Part shown: positions 59,400 to 64,000 of the stretch, one piece after another
Layout: each line of letters starts with the position of its first letter
Numbering within the stretch: position 1 is the first letter of the stretch
Notes under the pieces: generated by a model
What the model saw: the letters and a program-made list of their open reading frames with translations, nothing else
Told to the model about the DNA's origin: nothing
Database searches by the model: none
Program-made: the position numbers and the translations under genes
NCBI RefSeq assembly: GCF_036365525.1
Contig: NC_090415.1
Location: 12,896,001-12,960,000 of the forward strand
DNA: 64,000 bases
From: Heterodontus francisci
Taxonomy: Eukaryota
Direction of reading: 5' to 3'

Positions 59400-60395
59400 G
59401 TCTTTCCCTGCAGGACATGTGAGTGTGGGTTTCATTCTGTGCCCATCAGTATGTGATATTTAACTGTGACTTTTACTCCGTATTGGTCAATCTATGGTCA
59501 ATGATTTTGTGATTTAATTCAGTAATTTCAATCTTCAATAGGTGATTCTGTTTTTTTTTTCTTTCTCCGTAACATTCAGTTTCTAAGTGGGTGATTATGG
59601 GTTTTGTTCTGTACCTATGAGCTTCTGCTGAGTGAGTGTGGGTTTTGCTATGTATCTGTTAATATCTGCTTTTGGAGTATGGACATTTCTCTTTATCTGT
59701 TAATTTCTGAATTGTGAATTTGGATTTTAATCTGCACCTGTCAGTTTCTGGTATGAAATGTTGTTTGATTTTGTCTCTGTATCTGTTAGTAAGTGGCATT
59801 TTTGTGTAGCTTTACACAGCACATGTTAATTGATGACACGTCAGCGTTGTTTTCACTCTACATGTCAGTCTCTGGTTTGGAGACCTCACCTGTGTTCTGT
59901 ACCCATCAGAGGTCTTCATATAAGGATGGGTTTTAACCTGTTCCTTTCAATCTGTTGTATGTAAGTACTGTTTATTATCTGTATCTGTAAGTTTCTGATG
60001 AATGAATGTGGTCTGTATCACGTCCCTGTCAGTGGTTCATTAAGAGATATTTTCCACTGTACCTGCCTGTTCTGATATGTGAGTGTGGGTTGTGATCTAC
60101 GGCTGGCCGTTTCTGGTATGAGACATGAGCATTGTTTTTACTCTGTGCATGTTAGCCTCAAGTGCAGAAGCTGGGTTTAATAGTACAGCTCACTCTCTGC
60201 TGTATGATTATGGATTTTCATCTGGACAAGTTAATTTCTGGTACGGGCATGTGAATTTTATTCTCTATGCCAATTTATGGTATGTGATTATGTGTTCTTT
60301 CTGTTCTGTCAGTTTCTGCTGAACTGCATGGTGGATTTGCTTTCAATCTGCCAAGTTCTGCGATGTGAATGTTGGTTTTACTTTGTATTTGTCAT
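59400..60395. repeat. Paralogous ~40-bp degenerate array (copy of 33220-34180)
   Basis: Collinear with 33220-34180. Confidence 0.85.
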
Positions 60396-60399
60396 TGAG

Positions 60400-62315
60400 A
60401 GATAGAGTCATAGAGTTATACATCACAGAAACAGGCCCTTTGACACATTGATGGCCGGCACAGGCACAATCAGTGATCTATTCTAATCCCATTTTCCAGT
60501 ACTTGGCCCATCGCCTTGTATGCTATGGCCTTTCAAATGTATATCTAAATACTTCTTAAATGTTGTGTGGGGTCCTGCCTCTACCACCCCTTTCAGGTAA
60601 TGTGTTCCAGATTCCAACCACCATCTGGGTGAAAATGGAAAATAAAACAATCCTCTCTAAACTTCCTGCTTGTTACATTAAATCATGGCTGATCTGTTTC
60701 TGACTTGAATTCCACACTCCTATCAACTCCCAATAATCTTTGATTCCCTTGCCGAACAAGAATCTATCAATACCTGACTGAAAAATAATATATTCAGTGA
60801 CACCGCCTCCACCACCTTCTAAAGCACTGAATTCCAAAGTCTCACAAACCTCAGAGGGAAAAAAAATCTCCTCATCTCGGTCTTAAAAGTGTGACCCATA
60901 CTTTTAAAGCAGCGCCCCCGAGTTCTGAACTCATCCACAAGAGGAAACATCCTTTCCCCATCCACTTGTCAAGACCATTCAGGATCTTATACACTTCAAT
61001 CAAGTCTCCCCTCACTCTTCTAAACTCCAGTGAAAACTAACCCAGTCTGTCCAACCTTTCCTCATAAGACATCCACTCATTCCAGGTATCAATCTAATAA
61101 ACCTCCTCTGAAACACCTCCAACACATTTACTTCCTTCCTTAAATATGGAGACCAAAACTGCACACAGTATTCGAGCTGTGGTCTCACCGAAGCCCCGTA
61201 TAACTGAAGCATAACATCCTTAGATTAATTTTCAATTCCTGTTGTAATAAAGGATAACTTTCCAATTGCCTTTGTGATTTGCCATACCTGCACAAGAACA
61301 CCGAGATCCCTCTGCACCTCAGAATTCTGCAGTTATTCTCCATTTAAGTAATACTCTTTTTTTTGTCTTCCTGACAAAGTGAAAACTTCACAATATCTCA
61401 CCTTGTACTCCATCTGCCTGATTTCTGCCCACTCACTCAACCTATCTATGTCAGTCTACAACCTCCTTTTGTCCTCTTCACTACATACTTTCACCAATCG
61501 TTGTTTCATCTGCACATTTAGCTGCCATGCTATCGCTAGCCCCACCATCTAAGCCATTGATTTAAATTGTAAAAAGTTGAGGCCCCAGGACAGACCCCTA
61601 CAAGTCTCCACTTGTCACATCCTGCCAATCAGAAAAGGAGCCCTTTATGCATTCTCGCTTTTTATCACCATCCAGCCAAAATTCTATCCATGCTGATCTG
61701 TTACCCCCTACTCCATGAGTCCTACTTTCCACAAAATTCCTTTATGTGGCATCTTGTCAAATGTATTCTGCAAATCCAAGTACTGTACGTCAACGGGCTC
61801 CCCTTTATCCAGCGGGTATGATACTTCTTCAAAGAACTCCAATAAATTGGTTAAACATGATATCCCTTTGACAAAACCATGTTGACTATTCGTGATGACC
61901 TTGCGTTTTTCTAAATGTCCAGCTTTAGCCTCCTTATTGATCAATTCTAACATATTCCTCATGACAGGGGTCAAGCCAATTGGCCTTTAGTTAGCCTTTC
62001 TCTGCCTCCCTACCTTCTTGAATAGATGGGTAACATTTGCTACTTTCCAGTCCAATGGAACCTTTCCAGAATCTAGCGAATCTTGAAAAATTAACATGAA
62101 CGAATCTACTGCATCAGTAGCCACCAATTTAAAAACCCTAGGATGAAGCCCATCAGGATCCAGTGACTGTCAGCCAGCAGCTCTATCTGTTTACTCAATA
62201 TCACTTCCCTGGTGATTGTAATTTCACCAACTTCTTCTCTTGCTTCCAACTCCTAATTTATAGCTCTTACTGGAATGTTTTTGCATCATCTATAGTCAAG
62301 AAAGAAGGGAAATAT
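60400..62315 (-). mobile_element. CR1 fragments (3' end shared with 34181; RT region similar to 40000-41360)
   Basis: RPQLEYCVQFWSP, SQHGFVKG.SCLTNLLEFF; lacks the Penelope insert present at 40906. Confidence 0.85.
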
Positions 62316-62324
62316 GAGTAGAAG

Positions 62325-62845
62325 TTCACACTTTGATTGTCTAGTATGCCAATTTAAGGTTTAACTTGTATCCTCAAATTTCTAAGGTGCAGGTGTGGTT
62401 TTTAATCTGTCTCTGTCATTGTCTTGTACAGGAGTCAGGGTTTCAGTCTGTTTTTTGAGTGTGGATTTTACACCACATCTCTCCATTGCCTCGGATGTGA
62501 ATTTGATTTATAATCTGTACATGCCTGTTTCTGACATGTGGCTCTGAGTTTCAGTTTGTACATTGCCATTCTCTGATATGTGACTGCCAATTTTATTCTG
62601 AACCTGTCAGTTTCTTGTCTGTGTGTCTGAGTTTTGGTCTGTATCTGTCAGTATCTGGTATATGAGTCTTCTTAATTATGTGTGTGCTGCTCTGTACCTG
62701 TCAGTGTCTGAAGTGCAATTGTCAGGTTTTCTTTGTACCTGTCACTAACTGTTATGGATGAGAGACTTTCAAATCGAACTGTAAATTTCTTGCAATACAC
62801 GATGGATTTGACTCTGTGTCTGTCAGTCTCTGGTAGTTAAGTGTG
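62325..62845. repeat. ~40-bp array segment paralogous to 43145-43665
   Basis: Shared GTATGCCAATTTAAGGTTT and GTGGATTTTACACCACATCTCTCCA. Confidence 0.85.
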
Positions 62846-62864
62846 TCAAATTGCCCTGGGCACT

Positions 62865-64000
62865 CATCCAATCCTCTATTTCCCTTGACATCCAGGGTTT
62901 CCTGGACAAGTTCATCCTACCCTGCACCTTTATAGGAACATGTTGGCACTAAACTCTCATTATTTCCTTTTTGAATGACTCCGTCTGGTCTGATGCAGAC
63001 TTTCCTACAAGTAGCTCTTCCCAGTCCACTTTGGCCAGATCCTGTTTTATCATATTGAAATTGGCCTTCTCCCCCATTCAGTACTTTTATTTCCAGTCCC
63101 TCTTTGTCATTTTCCATAACTACCTGAAATATGCAGAGATATGGTCACTATCCCCGAAATGCTTCTCCACTGACACTTCTACCACTTGTCTGGCTTCATT
63201 CCCTAGGATTAGATCCAGCAAGGCTCCTTCTCTTGCTTGACTTTCTACTTGCTGGCTCAAAAAGCTCTCCTGTATGCACTTTAAGAGTTCTGCCCCCTTA
63301 AAGCCTTTTGCACGAGGTCTGTCCCACTTGATATTGGGCAAGTTGAAATCCCCTACTATTATTACCCTATTATGTTTACACCTCTTTGAGATTTGCCTTC
63401 ATATCTGCTCCACTATCTCTCCCTGACCATTTGGAGGCCTGTCGTACACTCCCACCCCAGTGGTGCCCCCTTTTTGTTTTTAGGTTCTACCCATATGGCC
63501 TCATTTGAGGAATCTTATAAGATATCATCCCTCCTGACTGCAGTAATTGACTCCTTGATCAACAGTGCACTGCCATCTTCTCTTTTACACCATCCCCTGT
63601 CACGCCTGAAGATTCTATAACATGGAATATTGAGCTGCCAGTCCTGCCCCTCCCTCAATTATGTCTCTGTGATAGCAGTAATATCATATTCCCATGTGTT
63701 AATCAATGCCCTCAATTCATTTGCCTCACTAGTAAGATTCCTTGCATTAAAATAGATGCAAGCCAGCCTTGCATTCTTTGTTGTGCCTGAACAGGTCAAT
63801 AATTGCTTTGCCTTCCAGACTGACACAGTTTCTCTTCAATATTTGACTGTGCATCACCCCTTAGTGTGCCTCCACTTCTTATCCCACCCTCCTGAAAATT
63901 ATTTTACAACCTCTGCCCCCTCCCCCGCACAGCAGAAGCAAGTCTCCCAGCAAGAATGTTGGTCCTGCTCCGTTTCAGGAAACCAGTCTAAATTGTACAG
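62865..64000 (-). mobile_element. CR1 endonuclease region, similar to 35610-36755
   Basis: LLDLILGNEA..HFGDSDH; GDFNLP; runs off the window edge. Confidence 0.85.

Overview
Eukaryotic, repeat-dense window, most likely from a cartilaginous fish (HE1-type V-SINEs, Deu-domain SINEs, abundant CR1, RTE and Penelope elements). It holds a replication-dependent histone cluster. One block carries H1(+), H4(+), H3(+), H2A(-) and a deleted H2B at 52.7-58.9 kb. A paralogous block about 31.5 kb upstream keeps H2A(-) and H2B(-) but retains only remnants of H3 and of an extra H2B. All intact histone genes have 3' stem-loops. Between the histone blocks lies a long, degenerate ~40-bp tandem array split by transposon insertions. 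Beside it sits a three-copy non-TE module with NRF1-type promoter motifs and conserved minus-strand splice sites, which suggests an undescribed spliced, repeat-rich ncRNA gene embedded in the histone repeat unit. Many Penelope terminal repeats carry minimal hammerhead-ribozyme motifs, and one inverted pair encloses an inverted copy of flanking host DNA. All calls were made by eye, so TE boundaries are approximate.
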